Source: a virus. Taken from it: DNA of 64,000 nucleotides. Below, one piece after another: positions 1 through 10,741 of the stretch. The position numbers and the translations under genes were made by a program. Position 1 is the first letter of the stretch. Each line of letters starts with the position of its first letter. The DNA is taken from the IMG/VR virus record IMGVR_UViG_3300022921_001386. One strand, written 5' to 3'. The notes under the pieces are model-generated. The model was given only the letters and a program-made list of their open reading frames with translations. It ran no database searches and was not told where the DNA came from.

Positions 1-1
1 T

Positions 2-223
2 GCATTGCAAGGCGAACATGTAGTAGGTGTAGCATTGCAAGGTAGAGTCCCTTGTAAAGTTATTGGTAAGGTTGCCAAAGGTGACATGCTTGTTACAAGT
101 GCTGTACCAGGTTATGCTATTGTCAACAACACACCAAATGTCGGACAAGTTATTGGTAAGGCAGTTGGAACAAAAGACGACAGCGAACGTGGTGTTGTTG
201 AAGTAGTAGTAGGGAGAGTATAA
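2..223 (+). CDS. C-terminal part of a tail fibre/virion protein (5'-truncated by window)
   Basis: Open frame from window start; VALQGRVPCKVIGKVAKGDMLVTS...G...VIGKA is a typical C-terminal domain of phage tail-fibre proteins. Confidence 0.65.
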   Translation, partial: ALQGEHVVGVALQGRVPCKVIGKVAKGDMLVTSAVPGYAIVNNTPNVGQVIGKAVGTKDDSERGVVEVVVGRV

Positions 224-522
224 TGGCACAACAAACAATAAATGTAGGCACTGGAGCAAATACCGGAGGGGGAGATCCCCTCCGCAATGCAATGATAAAA
301 ATCAATGAAAACTTTACAGAAGTTTATGCAGACATTGCAGGATTAGCAGATGGACAAGTCAACACTGATATCAAAGGCAGTGTGTTTGCAGACGATAGTA
401 CATTACTTGTAGACGCTGTAAACGGCATTATACCAGGATATATTAGCATTGTAACATTGCAAACTGAAGTAGCAGCAAGTGCGGATTTTGATGCATTTAA
501 AGCAAGAATAGCAGCATTGTAA
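223..522 (+). CDS. virion structural protein, T4 gp9/gp10-like N-terminal motif
   Basis: MAQQTINVGTGANTGGGDPLRNAMIKINENFTEVY matches the 'INIG..ANDGTGDxLR.AF.KIN.NF' baseplate/tail motif. Confidence 0.7.
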   Translation: MAQQTINVGTGANTGGGDPLRNAMIKINENFTEVYADIAGLADGQVNTDIKGSVFADDSTLLVDAVNGIIPGYISIVTLQTEVAASADFDAFKARIAAL

Positions 523-558
523 ATATACGATAAATATACAAAACAATAGGATAAAAGA

Positions 559-1923
559 ATGGCAAATAGATTTCCACTAGTAGTAGACACAAATGACGGT
601 AACAGACTGAAAGAAATCCCTAGTGGCGACTCATTAGATTTTTCAAGTGTTGGCATTGCTAACCTAACTAGTCTAAGCGTAAGCGGATCACTAAGCGGTA
701 GTACATTATCTACCACCGGAAACGTTTCCTTAGGCGGTACATTAAATGTAACTGGTGCTAGTACAATAACCACACTGTCAGCAACTACAATGACTGCAAC
801 TTCGCTAACACTCAATGGGAATCTTGTTGTTCCGCAAGTACAAAGTGATTGGACTGAAACAGATACAAACAGTGCTGCATTTATTCTCAACAAACCAGAT
901 CTTCAAGCTATTGACAACCTAGATGATATCGGAGACGTTTTTGTTGCCGATGCTGTTTTAAATGATGTATTAAAATATGACGGAACAAGTTGGCAGGCAT
1001 CACCAGAAGCAGGCGGTATAGGATTTGCTGATTTTAGTGTTGTAACCAATCCAGCAAGCGGTCAAGGTAGTTTGATATATAATGCTGCCGGTGTGTTTAC
1101 ATTTACTCCGGCCGATGCACTAACTACAGGTTCTAATATTAGTTTACTAACCAATGATAGTGAATTTACAACCATTGCTGAGATTAATTCAAACAACTAT
1201 TTACAACAAAGCGATGTTATTGGTAGCGGAAGAATTACAGCTACAGCAGCAAGCGGACAAGTTACACTTACATTTGATGCAACAGGTTTGTTAACAATTG
1301 AAACTGACACACTTGCAACTGTTACAAGCAGAGGTGCAACCACTACAACGGCGCTCGAAGCAGATGCATTTAATCAAGCACCTACAAGTACAAGCACTAA
1401 CACACTAAAAGATGTGAGCATAGAAACACTTGATATTTTAACAAGTATTACAAGTACAGCAGCCAACTTTAGTACAGGCGGTAGTATAAGTGCAAACACA
1501 GGTACTGTCACTGGAAATACAGTAACAGCTCTAAGTACATTAAATGCATCGACAGTTGCAGGAGTTGGATCTATAACGAATACTGCTACAATTTCGGTAA
1601 ACCCAGGAACAAACAATGCTCTTAAGATCGAAAGCGGGAGGCTAGAACTACTAGCAACCACGTTACCACCAACAAGTCCAGTAGCAGGACAAATTTTCTA
1701 TGATGGCGGTGCATTCTACGGATATGTAGGCGACAACGGCAGCGGAAGTGCTGGCGCTGTAATGTTTCCAGCGTTTAACTCAATACTTGGATTACAACTT
1801 CCTGCATTTGAAAATGCTGATTTGCCAAGCGCAGCAGAAGGATCCAATGAAGGAATGATAGCATGGGATTTAACAAATAGTAGTGTTGTAGTATTTAATG
1901 GAACAAGTTGGTCAAACGTATAA
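559..1923 (+). CDS. tail fibre-like structural protein
   Basis: Thr/Ser/Gly-rich beta-repeats, VQSDW..TD...AFILNKP and LDDIGDV motifs typical of tail fibres; late-promoter motif upstream. Confidence 0.65.
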   Translation: MANRFPLVVDTNDGNRLKEIPSGDSLDFSSVGIANLTSLSVSGSLSGSTLSTTGNVSLGGTLNVTGASTITTLSATTMTATSLTLNGNLVVPQVQSDWTETDTNSAAFILNKPDLQAIDNLDDIGDVFVADAVLNDVLKYDGTSWQASPEAGGIGFADFSVVTNPASGQGSLIYNAAGVFTFTPADALTTGSNISLLTNDSEFTTIAEINSNNYLQQSDVIGSGRITATAASGQVTLTFDATGLLTIETDTLATVTSRGATTTTALEADAFNQAPTSTSTNTLKDVSIETLDILTSITSTAANFSTGGSISANTGTVTGNTVTALSTLNASTVAGVGSITNTATISVNPGTNNALKIESGRLELLATTLPPTSPVAGQIFYDGGAFYGYVGDNGSGSAGAVMFPAFNSILGLQLPAFENADLPSAAEGSNEGMIAWDLTNSSVVVFNGTSWSNV

Positions 1924-1961
1924 TACTAGTTTCTGATAAATATGTATAACAGGAGACTAAC

Positions 1962-2663
1962 ATGGCAATTCAAGATATTAATGTAGGATTACTTGCTAAC
2001 GACGGCACAGGCGATGATTTACGAGAAGCATTTATTAAGGTAAATCAAAACTTTGACGAGCTAGATTTAAAAGTATCAGCCGTCACAGAAATCTCAGCAG
2101 AAAATATTGGCGATGCTGGTTACGGAATATTTGCACAAGAAGTTTCAAATACGTTCCAGTTTAGAAAACTATTAGTCGATCCATTATATTCAGATACGAT
2201 GAGTATACGTATTAGTGATGACGGCAACAATGTTTATCTAGCTAGTGCAACTGGGTATACTAGAATAACTGACGGAACTACAAGTGCTGTTGTATCTCCA
2301 ACGACTTTTATTACAATCAATGGTACTGGTGCTGCACAAGCAACAGTAGCAGGCGGCGTTGCCCCTAGTATAACAATAGATAGTTTGCTTTCGAGAGAAA
2401 CAACTCCAACACTTAATGCAACACTAAATGCTAATAGTAATCCTATTACTAACATTACTTCTCTTAATGATATTACTATGGCAGAACTCGAACAAGCGTT
2501 TGAATGGGACTTTGGAGACCTAACAAGAAATAGAACTAGCATCATTGATTTTATTTTGAAATCAGTAGATGTTGACTTTGGTACATCTCAAGATGTATTC
2601 TCTCCTGCAGATGGCACTGCTGATTTTGGAAATAGTAACGCAACATTCGATGAAGCTTTGTAA
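1962..2663 (+). CDS. baseplate/tail structural protein, gp9/gp10-like N-terminus
   Basis: MAIQDINVGLLANDGTGDDLREAFIKVNQNFDEL motif; AGGAG RBS. Confidence 0.7.
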   Translation: MAIQDINVGLLANDGTGDDLREAFIKVNQNFDELDLKVSAVTEISAENIGDAGYGIFAQEVSNTFQFRKLLVDPLYSDTMSIRISDDGNNVYLASATGYTRITDGTTSAVVSPTTFITINGTGAAQATVAGGVAPSITIDSLLSRETTPTLNATLNANSNPITNITSLNDITMAELEQAFEWDFGDLTRNRTSIIDFILKSVDVDFGTSQDVFSPADGTADFGNSNATFDEAL

Positions 2664-2673
2664 GGGGATATAA

Positions 2674-5600
2674 ATGGCACTACCAAGCTGGACTAAAATA
2701 TCAGGATCAGAACTTGCAAGTATACAAGAAAGAACTGATGTTAGCATTGCATTACCGCTAGAAGAAACAAGTGATATAACAGTTACGCTGATATCTGGTG
2801 CATTGCCAACTGGACTTCGTATTAATGATTATCGTATAAAAGGTGTTGCAGTCGAAGTTAGTAAAACCACTGAGTTTGAGTTTGTTTTGAGAGCAAGTAA
2901 TATTGAAGGAATAGCTGACAGAACTTACAAAATCGTAGTTGAAGGAGCCGATGCTCCTGTGTGGCAAACACCCGAAGGTGAACTAGGATTAACTAGAAGT
3001 TTCAGAAATCAATACTGGGTCGATACTCTTAATACCGAGTGGGGAATATATGAATCAAATGCTGGTAGCAGTTGGTTGGCTGTTGATGTTGATGTGTACG
3101 AAACTATTCCGAGTAGAGAAACAGGTAATAGTGGCGACTATGCTTATGTAAGCAGTTTAAAACAGTTTTGGTATAAAGTCGATACACGCTGGTATAGAAT
3201 AAACACAACACAAATACAAGGCATACTTGGTAATGATAAAACACTTGCTATTTCAAGTACTGTGCCTAATCCTAACATAGATGATTTTTGGTTCAACACC
3301 AATAAAAGCAACGACGGATTAAATCTAGTATTAAGATATTGGGACGAAGTTGCAATGGTATGGAAGCCACTAGATTATGTTGTAAGTAAAACACCTCCAA
3401 TATCACCGTTTGAAGATCAGATATGGGTTCACATTTTTGATGATACATTTGACTTTCAAATAAAAGTTTATAATGACAGCGAAAATATTTGGGAACTGGT
3501 TGATGCTACTTATAGTACAACTCCTCCAGATAGACTTAATATTGCTTACTTTATTTTAGACAGCAGCATAGTTGACTTTCAGTTAGAAGCAATAGATAGA
3601 GATTTAACAACTGGACAAAGTCTAAGATATTTTATTGCAGATGAAGACGGAGAGTTGCCTCCAGGTCTGAAACTTACAGAGGATGGAAAAATATCAGGTA
3701 TTGTTGATCCATTATTATCTTTGGATGTGGATGACGCAGCAGGGTATGACACCGGCGAGTACGATACTGTACCATTGGACTTGGTTGTATTGGACGACGA
3801 TGGCTACGATAGTTATTTTTATGACACTACATTTTATGGATTTAGTACACCAACGAGACGTCCAACAAAACTAAATCGCAAGTATACCTTTTCTGTAACA
3901 GTCGAAGATGATACTAGTTTTAGCAAACGTGAGTTTAGTATTTTTGTTGTAGGAGATGATTTCTTACGTGCAGACAATACTATAATGAAAGCTGCCACAG
4001 GATTATTTACAGCAGATAATACATATCTACGCAAACCAGTATGGCTAACATCTGGAAATCTTGGAGTTAAGAGAGCAGAAAACTATGTTACCATCTTCTT
4101 GGATGTATACGATCCAAACTCCTTACTAGGTCAAATAAGCTACAATCAGCAACCATTTAATGACGATGGTACTCCAAGTGTACTACCTCCAGGGTTAGTA
4201 CTTGATGGAATCACAGGAGAACTAGCAGGAACAATACCATATCAACCCGCTGTTAATAGAGAATACAAGTTTACTGTTGAAGCATTGAGACAAGAAGTAG
4301 ATAGCGATGATGTAGTAGAAATAAATATCGGTGTATATGAAGATACACTCACTGGCACATCTCAAATAAAAATAAACAAACTTCCTATTAGTAGGGACGA
4401 CGGTGTCGACGATCTATTAAGCCTCATTGAGCAAGACATAGTTATTGATAATCTAAGTTACACTGTAAGAAGTGTTAACAATGAAAATTCTGAATACGAC
4501 TTATTAAATCTTAGTAGACCTTTAGAGCCAACATACAAAGCTAAACGTATTAAAACTGCATATAATAATGCCATTGGACAGGATTATATATACATACTTG
4601 ATGACGGCGATAATAGAGTAGATGCTTGGAAAAATAAAACACTAAAATATAGTGCATCTGAAGCATATACTTTAGTAGATAATGATAAACAAAACATTCT
4701 TGGAACAACTATTACACGCAAATGGCATACTATGGTAAGATACACTATCGATGCTGGTGATAGTTCAGGAAACTTAGATTTAAACTACGGTGTTGCTAAT
4801 ATAGTTGATACGGGCGATTATGTAGCAGATTTTGAAACTTGGCTAGCAGGCAAAGGGATTGATACTACATACTTGTACAAAAGAGTAAGCTCAACACCTA
4901 CACAACTAATATTTGATATCCCACGTAACTCTATTGTTGAAAATACTATTATGAATCAAAACCTGTTTCATACCGATGACAGTGTGTATGGAAACTTGGA
5001 AATAACTCGTGGGCAACAGTTCTTTAAAGTATTTTTAGATAACACACTGCAACGTGCATTTAATCTATCAAATACGTTAGACGAACAATCAGGTCCGCAG
5101 ATTACATTAGGAGTGTTTAAAGATACACTGATTACTAAAAAAATCGGTGTAACAAATGTTGATACTATAAGCACTATAAAAACATTCACTGTAAATATAT
5201 TAGGAGAAGTTGATAGTACAGTAGCATGGATAACCAAGCCAGACTTGGGTACTATTCCTGCTAATAGAACAAGTTACTTACAACTAGTGGCTAATACTAC
5301 GTTGGCAGGTAGTAATTTAAGATATGATTTAGTTGGAGGAAAGTTGCCCAACGGATTAACACTAAAACGTGATGGCGAAATAGTTGGAAAGCCCAATCAG
5401 TATACAACTGGAACAACATTAGGTTTGACCACTATTGATACTAGAACAACAACATTTGATAATAGCACTACAACCATTGATAGAAAATATGTATTCAAAG
5501 TTCTAGTACGTGATTTGTTTGGTTATAGTAACAGTATACAAGAGTTTACACTAAATGTTACAGATACAGATGATAAAGTATATTCAAATGTGTTTATCAA

Positions 5601-6597
5601 GCCATACTTAAAACCATCACAGCGTACAGTTTTTAACAACTTTATCAACGATTACACAATATTTACACCTGAAAGTATATATCGTCCCTACGATGAAAAC
5701 TTTGGTCTTAAGAAAGACTTAACAACGTTGGTATATGCAGGCGTTGAATCTAAAAAGTTAGCTAACTTTGTTGCTAGTACAGCATTAAATCATAAACGCA
5801 AACGTTTTGTATTTGGAAACTTAAAAAGTGCAGTTGCTAAAAAAGAAGGAACAAATGAAGTTTTATATGAAGTTGTGTATGTTGAAATAACAGACCCACA
5901 ACAGCCAACCAAAGGTAATACAGCAGTATCGATAACATCGCCTACTGCAAACGATTTAAAAATAAATCAAGTTAAACTTGAAGTTAAAGATGATCAAAGT
6001 GCAGCAGAGATCGGACTCGATACGTTTCGTATAACAATGCGTGAAGGTGATCCAGTAAGAATAGCTGCTAGTAGTGGTAGTATTTCTATTACGACACGAA
6101 GTGGTGAAGTTGATGTTCCAGCACTTGGACAACTTGAAATAGTTTTAAACTCAGGACTAGTGATTGTTGTTAGAAGCAGTTCAACCACATCAACATCAAG
6201 TGGAGACCCATTTAGATTTAGGCCAAAAACAAATGTACTAACAGTTGACAATGTTGGTGTAAAAACAAGTCAAACTCAAAATGTAAAAAGATTTATTAGT
6301 AACATAGGAAATATGAGAAAACGTATTGCTGATATTGGTGCAAATGATAGACAGTTTTTACCTTTATGGATGAGAAGTAGTCAAACAACTACTGGTCAAG
6401 AGCTTGATTATATAACAGCAATGCCTATATGTTATTGCAAACCAGGAACAAGTGCAAGTATTATTGAGAATATTAAAAATGCAAACTTTGATTTTAGTCA
6501 GCTAGATTATGACATAGATAGATATATAGTTGATAGAACAGAAAATAACGAAAACCAACAGTTCATTCTGTTTAATGATTACAAACTAAATGTATAA
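2674..6597 (+). CDS. large baseplate/virion protein with repeated Ig/cadherin-like domains
   Basis: 1307 aa; repeated 'G.LPPGL.L...G.ISG' Ig-like (He_PIG-type) motifs; structural gene context. Confidence 0.7.
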   Translation: MALPSWTKISGSELASIQERTDVSIALPLEETSDITVTLISGALPTGLRINDYRIKGVAVEVSKTTEFEFVLRASNIEGIADRTYKIVVEGADAPVWQTPEGELGLTRSFRNQYWVDTLNTEWGIYESNAGSSWLAVDVDVYETIPSRETGNSGDYAYVSSLKQFWYKVDTRWYRINTTQIQGILGNDKTLAISSTVPNPNIDDFWFNTNKSNDGLNLVLRYWDEVAMVWKPLDYVVSKTPPISPFEDQIWVHIFDDTFDFQIKVYNDSENIWELVDATYSTTPPDRLNIAYFILDSSIVDFQLEAIDRDLTTGQSLRYFIADEDGELPPGLKLTEDGKISGIVDPLLSLDVDDAAGYDTGEYDTVPLDLVVLDDDGYDSYFYDTTFYGFSTPTRRPTKLNRKYTFSVTVEDDTSFSKREFSIFVVGDDFLRADNTIMKAATGLFTADNTYLRKPVWLTSGNLGVKRAENYVTIFLDVYDPNSLLGQISYNQQPFNDDGTPSVLPPGLVLDGITGELAGTIPYQPAVNREYKFTVEALRQEVDSDDVVEINIGVYEDTLTGTSQIKINKLPISRDDGVDDLLSLIEQDIVIDNLSYTVRSVNNENSEYDLLNLSRPLEPTYKAKRIKTAYNNAIGQDYIYILDDGDNRVDAWKNKTLKYSASEAYTLVDNDKQNILGTTITRKWHTMVRYTIDAGDSSGNLDLNYGVANIVDTGDYVADFETWLAGKGIDTTYLYKRVSSTPTQLIFDIPRNSIVENTIMNQNLFHTDDSVYGNLEITRGQQFFKVFLDNTLQRAFNLSNTLDEQSGPQITLGVFKDTLITKKIGVTNVDTISTIKTFTVNILGEVDSTVAWITKPDLGTIPANRTSYLQLVANTTLAGSNLRYDLVGGKLPNGLTLKRDGEIVGKPNQYTTGTTLGLTTIDTRTTTFDNSTTTIDRKYVFKVLVRDLFGYSNSIQEFTLNVTDTDDKVYSNVFIKPYLKPSQRTVFNNFINDYTIFTPESIYRPYDENFGLKKDLTTLVYAGVESKKLANFVASTALNHKRKRFVFGNLKSAVAKKEGTNEVLYEVVYVEITDPQQPTKGNTAVSITSPTANDLKINQVKLEVKDDQSAAEIGLDTFRITMREGDPVRIAASSGSISITTRSGEVDVPALGQLEIVLNSGLVIVVRSSSTTSTSSGDPFRFRPKTNVLTVDNVGVKTSQTQNVKRFISNIGNMRKRIADIGANDRQFLPLWMRSSQTTTGQELDYITAMPICYCKPGTSASIIENIKNANFDFSQLDYDIDRYIVDRTENNENQQFILFNDYKLNV

Positions 6598-6600
6598 ATA
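6593..6600 (+). promoter_or_regulatory. T4-type late promoter
   Basis: TATAAATA; related ATAAATA at 530, 1936, 18731, 21876, 26904, 32500, 61856 and CTAAATA at 11094. Confidence 0.6.
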
Positions 6601-6622
6601 CTGTTGCTAGAGAGGAAATAAC

Positions 6623-7213
6623 ATGGCAAGTAATATTGTACCCGATACAATCGACGATACATATCCAGTCGCTGGACAGGATAATAATAGTCAAGGATTT
6701 AGAGATAACTTCAACATTATAAAAACAAACTTCACGAGTGCAAAAAGTGAAATTGAAACCTTGCAGGATAATACTGCTAAAACAAATGCAGACAACGTAT
6801 TTTTTGAAAACACTCTTTCTAGATATACCAAGCTACAAGAAACTACAACACACGTTGGTCCTACTAATGTCAGTAGTGCTACGCCGTTGAGTTTTGATGC
6901 TGGACATTTTTATACGATAGTAGCTTCAAACGATGTTACATTAACACTTGAAGATTGGCCTACAAATAATGAATATGCTGAAATGTTGATACAAGTGTAT
7001 GGCGACGGTGCTGTTAATAGAACAGTAACTTTTGCATCAACTTATAGTGCAGGTGCAAGTCAGATGAGAGTTGACGGAAGCACTGAGTTTGGCGGCGGCG
7101 CAGCTATTACAACAAATACAGTAGTAACTCGTAGTCATCTTGTCAAAGCATTTACATATGATAATGGAACAAATGTTTTCCTACAATATTTAGGAACATT
7201 TGCAAACGTATGA
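6623..7213 (+). CDS. virion structural protein
   Basis: YPVAGQDNNSQGFRDNF N-terminal motif; TATAAATA late promoter and GAGG RBS upstream. Confidence 0.6.
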   Translation: MASNIVPDTIDDTYPVAGQDNNSQGFRDNFNIIKTNFTSAKSEIETLQDNTAKTNADNVFFENTLSRYTKLQETTTHVGPTNVSSATPLSFDAGHFYTIVASNDVTLTLEDWPTNNEYAEMLIQVYGDGAVNRTVTFASTYSAGASQMRVDGSTEFGGGAAITTNTVVTRSHLVKAFTYDNGTNVFLQYLGTFANV

Positions 7214-7446
7214 TACATCCTCATCAGCCTGATTTAAGTGAGTTTACAGATACACAACTTGAAGAAAAGCTACTCAAGTTGAATCATATGTATTTCATAA
7301 CCGATAATTCTGATGTAAGACAGCAGATAATTTTGTTAATAGATGGCTACAAACTTGAAATAGAAACTCGTAGAGCAGCAGCTAGAAGAAAACAAATTGA
7401 AGATCAAGAAGATAATTCACTTGACGATTTAATAAATGTAAGTTAA
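7210..7446 (+). CDS. hypothetical protein
   Basis: 78 aa ORF with ATGA overlap, helical/charged. Confidence 0.6.
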   Translation: MIHPHQPDLSEFTDTQLEEKLLKLNHMYFITDNSDVRQQIILLIDGYKLEIETRRAAARRKQIEDQEDNSLDDLINVS

Positions 7447-7449
7447 ACT
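7421..7449 (+). promoter_or_regulatory. sigma70-like promoter
   Basis: TTGACG-N17-TAAACT before the DnaE fragment. Confidence 0.5.
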
Positions 7450-7455
7450 TACTGT

Positions 7456-8013
7456 ATGCTAATGAAAACAGACACTCTCGGTATCCCACGGTTTACAAAC
7501 AAAGACTTAATTAACATGATCTATTCAGGTAATGCTGACAAAGTACACGTTGTGCTGTGTAGCGAATCTGATGAAATAGACAAATTCAATGCCGCTATGG
7601 AAGAGCAAGGCTTTGATAAACTACAAAAGTATATCCCATTAGATGTAGATCAAAAGACTTTTGACGGTGTATGTCAAAGCGAATGGTTTATGCCTGACAA
7701 ATATAAAGAACTTGATATAGGTGCAGATATAATGTCACGCCTAATGCTCAATATGCAAATCTTTGATGCGTATGACATGCAAGAAACAGTAGAATGGACT
7801 AGAGTTTGCGAAGAAATTGAAGCGTTTAGAGAGCGTGGTATGTTTGATCTGCTACGCTATATGGTGTATCTTGTAGACTTTATGCGTGAGAATAACATTG
7901 TATGGGGTGTAGGACGTGGATCAAGTGTAGCAAGTTATGTGCTGTATTTGATTGGAGTGCATCGTATTGACAGTATTAAATACAATTTAGATTGGCGTGA
8001 ATTCCTGCGATGA
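7456..8013 (+). CDS. DNA polymerase III alpha (DnaE)-like fragment
   Basis: VWGVGRGSSVASYVLYLIGVHRIDSIKYNLDWREFLR matches DnaE GPGRGSAAGSLVAY.LGIT..DP..Y.L.FERFL; stops before the catalytic PDIDxD. Confidence 0.8.
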   Translation: MLMKTDTLGIPRFTNKDLINMIYSGNADKVHVVLCSESDEIDKFNAAMEEQGFDKLQKYIPLDVDQKTFDGVCQSEWFMPDKYKELDIGADIMSRLMLNMQIFDAYDMQETVEWTRVCEEIEAFRERGMFDLLRYMVYLVDFMRENNIVWGVGRGSSVASYVLYLIGVHRIDSIKYNLDWREFLR

Positions 8014-9887
8014 ATATATACTTGATTCAAGCAAGTGATAATCATGGACCAAATAAATTTTTACCACTTGCAATAGGTTATCAATGGTGCTATGGTAAAA
8101 ACGACAACTGGACACTCAAAGATGTACTAATAGAAAAAACAGAACCTGTAGATTATGCAGCAACTATGGAATCTCCTGATCTAGTTGCTATGAGTAGTTA
8201 TGTATGGAACTGGGAATACAATAGAGAACTCGCAAAACAAATCAAACGCAAGTTTAGACAGTGCAAAGTTATAACAGGCGGCCCACAAATAAACAAATAC
8301 GATCCTGACTTTTTTGACAAGCATCCTATGTTTGATGCGTTTGTACATGGCGAAGGTGAAGAAGCATTTAAAAGCATACTTGCAGGCGACGATTGGGAAA
8401 CTATACCAAACGTACAAACACTGTATCATATGCCAGAGCCAGCAGTGCGTAGGAAAAACATAAATGATATACCTTCGCCTATACTAGAAGGCTTTTATGA
8501 ACCTATTATGGCAAAGTATCCTGAGGACACCATGTTTCAAGTTACTTGGGAAAGTTTGCGGGGCTGCCCATACCATTGCAGCTTTTGTGATATAGGTGAA
8601 AGTTACTGGAATAAACTTACATTGTTTGATATGGAACGTTGTAAAGCAGAAATAGAATGGATGGGTAAAAACCGTATTGAATATGTTAGCGTGTGCGATA
8701 GCAACTGGGGCATGTTGGATAGAGATTATGAACTAACACAACACGTATTAGAAACAAAGAAAAAATACGGATACCCCAAATGGTGGGATGCAACTTGGAG
8801 TAAAAATAATCACGATAAAAACTATGCGATAGCAAAATATGCACACGATAGTGGCGTTGATATTTTCAAAGGTATTACAGTAGCATTACAAAGTTTTAAC
8901 GATGATACATTAGAACATGTAGATAGATTTAATTTGGACTTTGACGAACTTAAAAAATATTTTGATCAGTATAAAAAAGATGGTATTAAAACTTATAGCG
9001 AACTTATATGGCCATTGCCTGGAGAAACATTCGATAGTTTAAAGTCTGGTATACAGCAACTTATAGATGCAGGACAAGACAACTATCTCATGATACACCC
9101 ATTAGTTGTTACTGACAACTCTCCAATGGGTAACAAAACATATCAAGAGCAGCATGGTTTAGATGTGCGTAAGATAGCATTAGACACTGTGTATTTAGAT
9201 GCAGATGAAAAATATATTACGGAATACACTGATGTAATATACGCTACAGACACAGCAGACCACGATACAGTTATCGAAGGGCACATGTATAGTTGGTTAG
9301 TAATATTAATGTATTACTATGGTTGGGGACATTATCTTGCTAAGTACATGCGTAAGCAAAATATTTTAGAAACTGACCTGTATTATAAACTATTTGAATG
9401 GATCAAACACAATCCGGGATTATTACATGACGAATACATAGAAACTAAAAAAAGTTTTGAAGATGTATATGCAAAACGTGCATTGTGGGGTAGACAAGCA
9501 TTTGGTGAAGACGATATGCTTTGGGAATACAAAGGCGCAAGTAGTGCAAGGATAAGTAAAGCAGTATATAGACTAGAAACAGATTTATATAACTTTTTAT
9601 TAAGTACAAAACTAATATCGGAATGGAAAGTACGTGATATCGTTGCTCTCAATCTTAGAATGTGCAGAGAAAAAGATATAGAATATCCTATTACTGTAAC
9701 TGTTTTAAAAGAAGTTGCACGTGATATGGTAGGTATTGATGCAGATCGTATACATATTGATCATTTTGATAAGACAACACCAACAAATGATTGGCACAGA
9801 ACAGCATATCATTATCAAAGAAAAATAGGATACTGGAAATGCAATGCATCAAAAAATAAAAAACCACTTGACATATGTCATAAGTAG
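8010..9887 (+). CDS. cobalamin-binding radical SAM enzyme
   Basis: N-terminal B12-binding-like domain (SSYVWN, GGPQ, GEGE) plus RGCPYHCSFC CxxxCxxC motif. Confidence 0.85.
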   Translation: MNIYLIQASDNHGPNKFLPLAIGYQWCYGKNDNWTLKDVLIEKTEPVDYAATMESPDLVAMSSYVWNWEYNRELAKQIKRKFRQCKVITGGPQINKYDPDFFDKHPMFDAFVHGEGEEAFKSILAGDDWETIPNVQTLYHMPEPAVRRKNINDIPSPILEGFYEPIMAKYPEDTMFQVTWESLRGCPYHCSFCDIGESYWNKLTLFDMERCKAEIEWMGKNRIEYVSVCDSNWGMLDRDYELTQHVLETKKKYGYPKWWDATWSKNNHDKNYAIAKYAHDSGVDIFKGITVALQSFNDDTLEHVDRFNLDFDELKKYFDQYKKDGIKTYSELIWPLPGETFDSLKSGIQQLIDAGQDNYLMIHPLVVTDNSPMGNKTYQEQHGLDVRKIALDTVYLDADEKYITEYTDVIYATDTADHDTVIEGHMYSWLVILMYYYGWGHYLAKYMRKQNILETDLYYKLFEWIKHNPGLLHDEYIETKKSFEDVYAKRALWGRQAFGEDDMLWEYKGASSARISKAVYRLETDLYNFLLSTKLISEWKVRDIVALNLRMCREKDIEYPITVTVLKEVARDMVGIDADRIHIDHFDKTTPTNDWHRTAYHYQRKIGYWKCNASKNKKPLDICHK

Positions 9888-9896
9888 TTATAGTAT
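9868..9896 (+). promoter_or_regulatory. sigma70-like promoter
   Basis: TTGACA-N17-TAGTAT. Confidence 0.65.
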
Positions 9897-9917
9897 AATA
9901 ATTGGAGATACGTAAAC

Positions 9918-10334
9918 ATGGGAACTAGACAAAAAGGTCGTAAAACATACAGAAGTATGCAAGGCAGAGTTGTAGACTTAGATATGTTGATTAAAAGAAA
10001 TGAACTTACTCCTGCCGTCGGCAATGCTAGAGTAAATGCTAGAGGCGACGAGCTAGGACCAGGTGGAAAAATTATCCGTAAACGAGAAGAAGTTGTAAAG
10101 GATTATTATAGTACAGGAAGTGAACCTGTACAACATGAAAAAAGTGCAGCTCAAACTGAAGAGCTAACACAAGCAGAACAAGAAGAGTTGATGGCGTTTG
10201 ATGAAGAAGTTGTTCCCGCAAAACCAAAAGCATCGCCTCCTAAATCAACTCCAACTCCTAAACCCATAACAGCCCAGATTCAAGATGAATGGGTCGAAGA
10301 CGAAGATGGCAATTTTATAAAAAAAGGTGATTAA
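9918..10334 (+). CDS. hypothetical phage protein
   Basis: ORF with GGAG RBS and sigma70-like promoter; VGNARVNARGDELGPGG motif. Confidence 0.7.
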   Translation: MGTRQKGRKTYRSMQGRVVDLDMLIKRNELTPAVGNARVNARGDELGPGGKIIRKREEVVKDYYSTGSEPVQHEKSAAQTEELTQAEQEELMAFDEEVVPAKPKASPPKSTPTPKPITAQIQDEWVEDEDGNFIKKGD

Positions 10335-10741
10335 TGGCATTAAACATGAATACAATACAAGGTACTCTAACTCCTATTAATGATAGAGTAATTGTAAGCA
10401 ATATGTACTTTGGAGAGCAAACTCTTAAAAGTGGAATTATTATTAGTGATGATAACGGATCAACTCGTGGTATCTATCCACGCTGGGGACAGGTACATGC
10501 AAAAGGTCCTAAAAATGATTCAGCATATCAGATCGGAGATTGGGTATTGATTGAACACGGTCGTTGGACTCGTGGTGTAAAAATTGATGAAGGTTCGGGA
10601 GAGTTAGAACTGCGTATGGTAGATGCAGATTGTATCTTAGCATTTAGTAATGAAAAACCCACTGGTGTACAGTTTGGTAAAGAATACAACGATGGCGATC
10701 ATGCAACGATTAGTCCAGAATCATTTGGAGCCGGCGCATAA
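10334..10741 (+). CDS. groES: co-chaperonin GroES-like protein (gp31-type)
   Basis: LTPINDRVIV...SGIII...G.V.A.GP...IGDWV GroES pattern. Confidence 0.75.
   Translation: MALNMNTIQGTLTPINDRVIVSNMYFGEQTLKSGIIISDDNGSTRGIYPRWGQVHAKGPKNDSAYQIGDWVLIEHGRWTRGVKIDEGSGELELRMVDADCILAFSNEKPTGVQFGKEYNDGDHATISPESFGAGA

Noticed and set aside
8000-8040. Programmed frameshift or readthrough extending the DnaE fragment
   Set aside because: No PDIDxD-like sequence in any frame just downstream; the next ORF begins by ordinary ATGA coupling.
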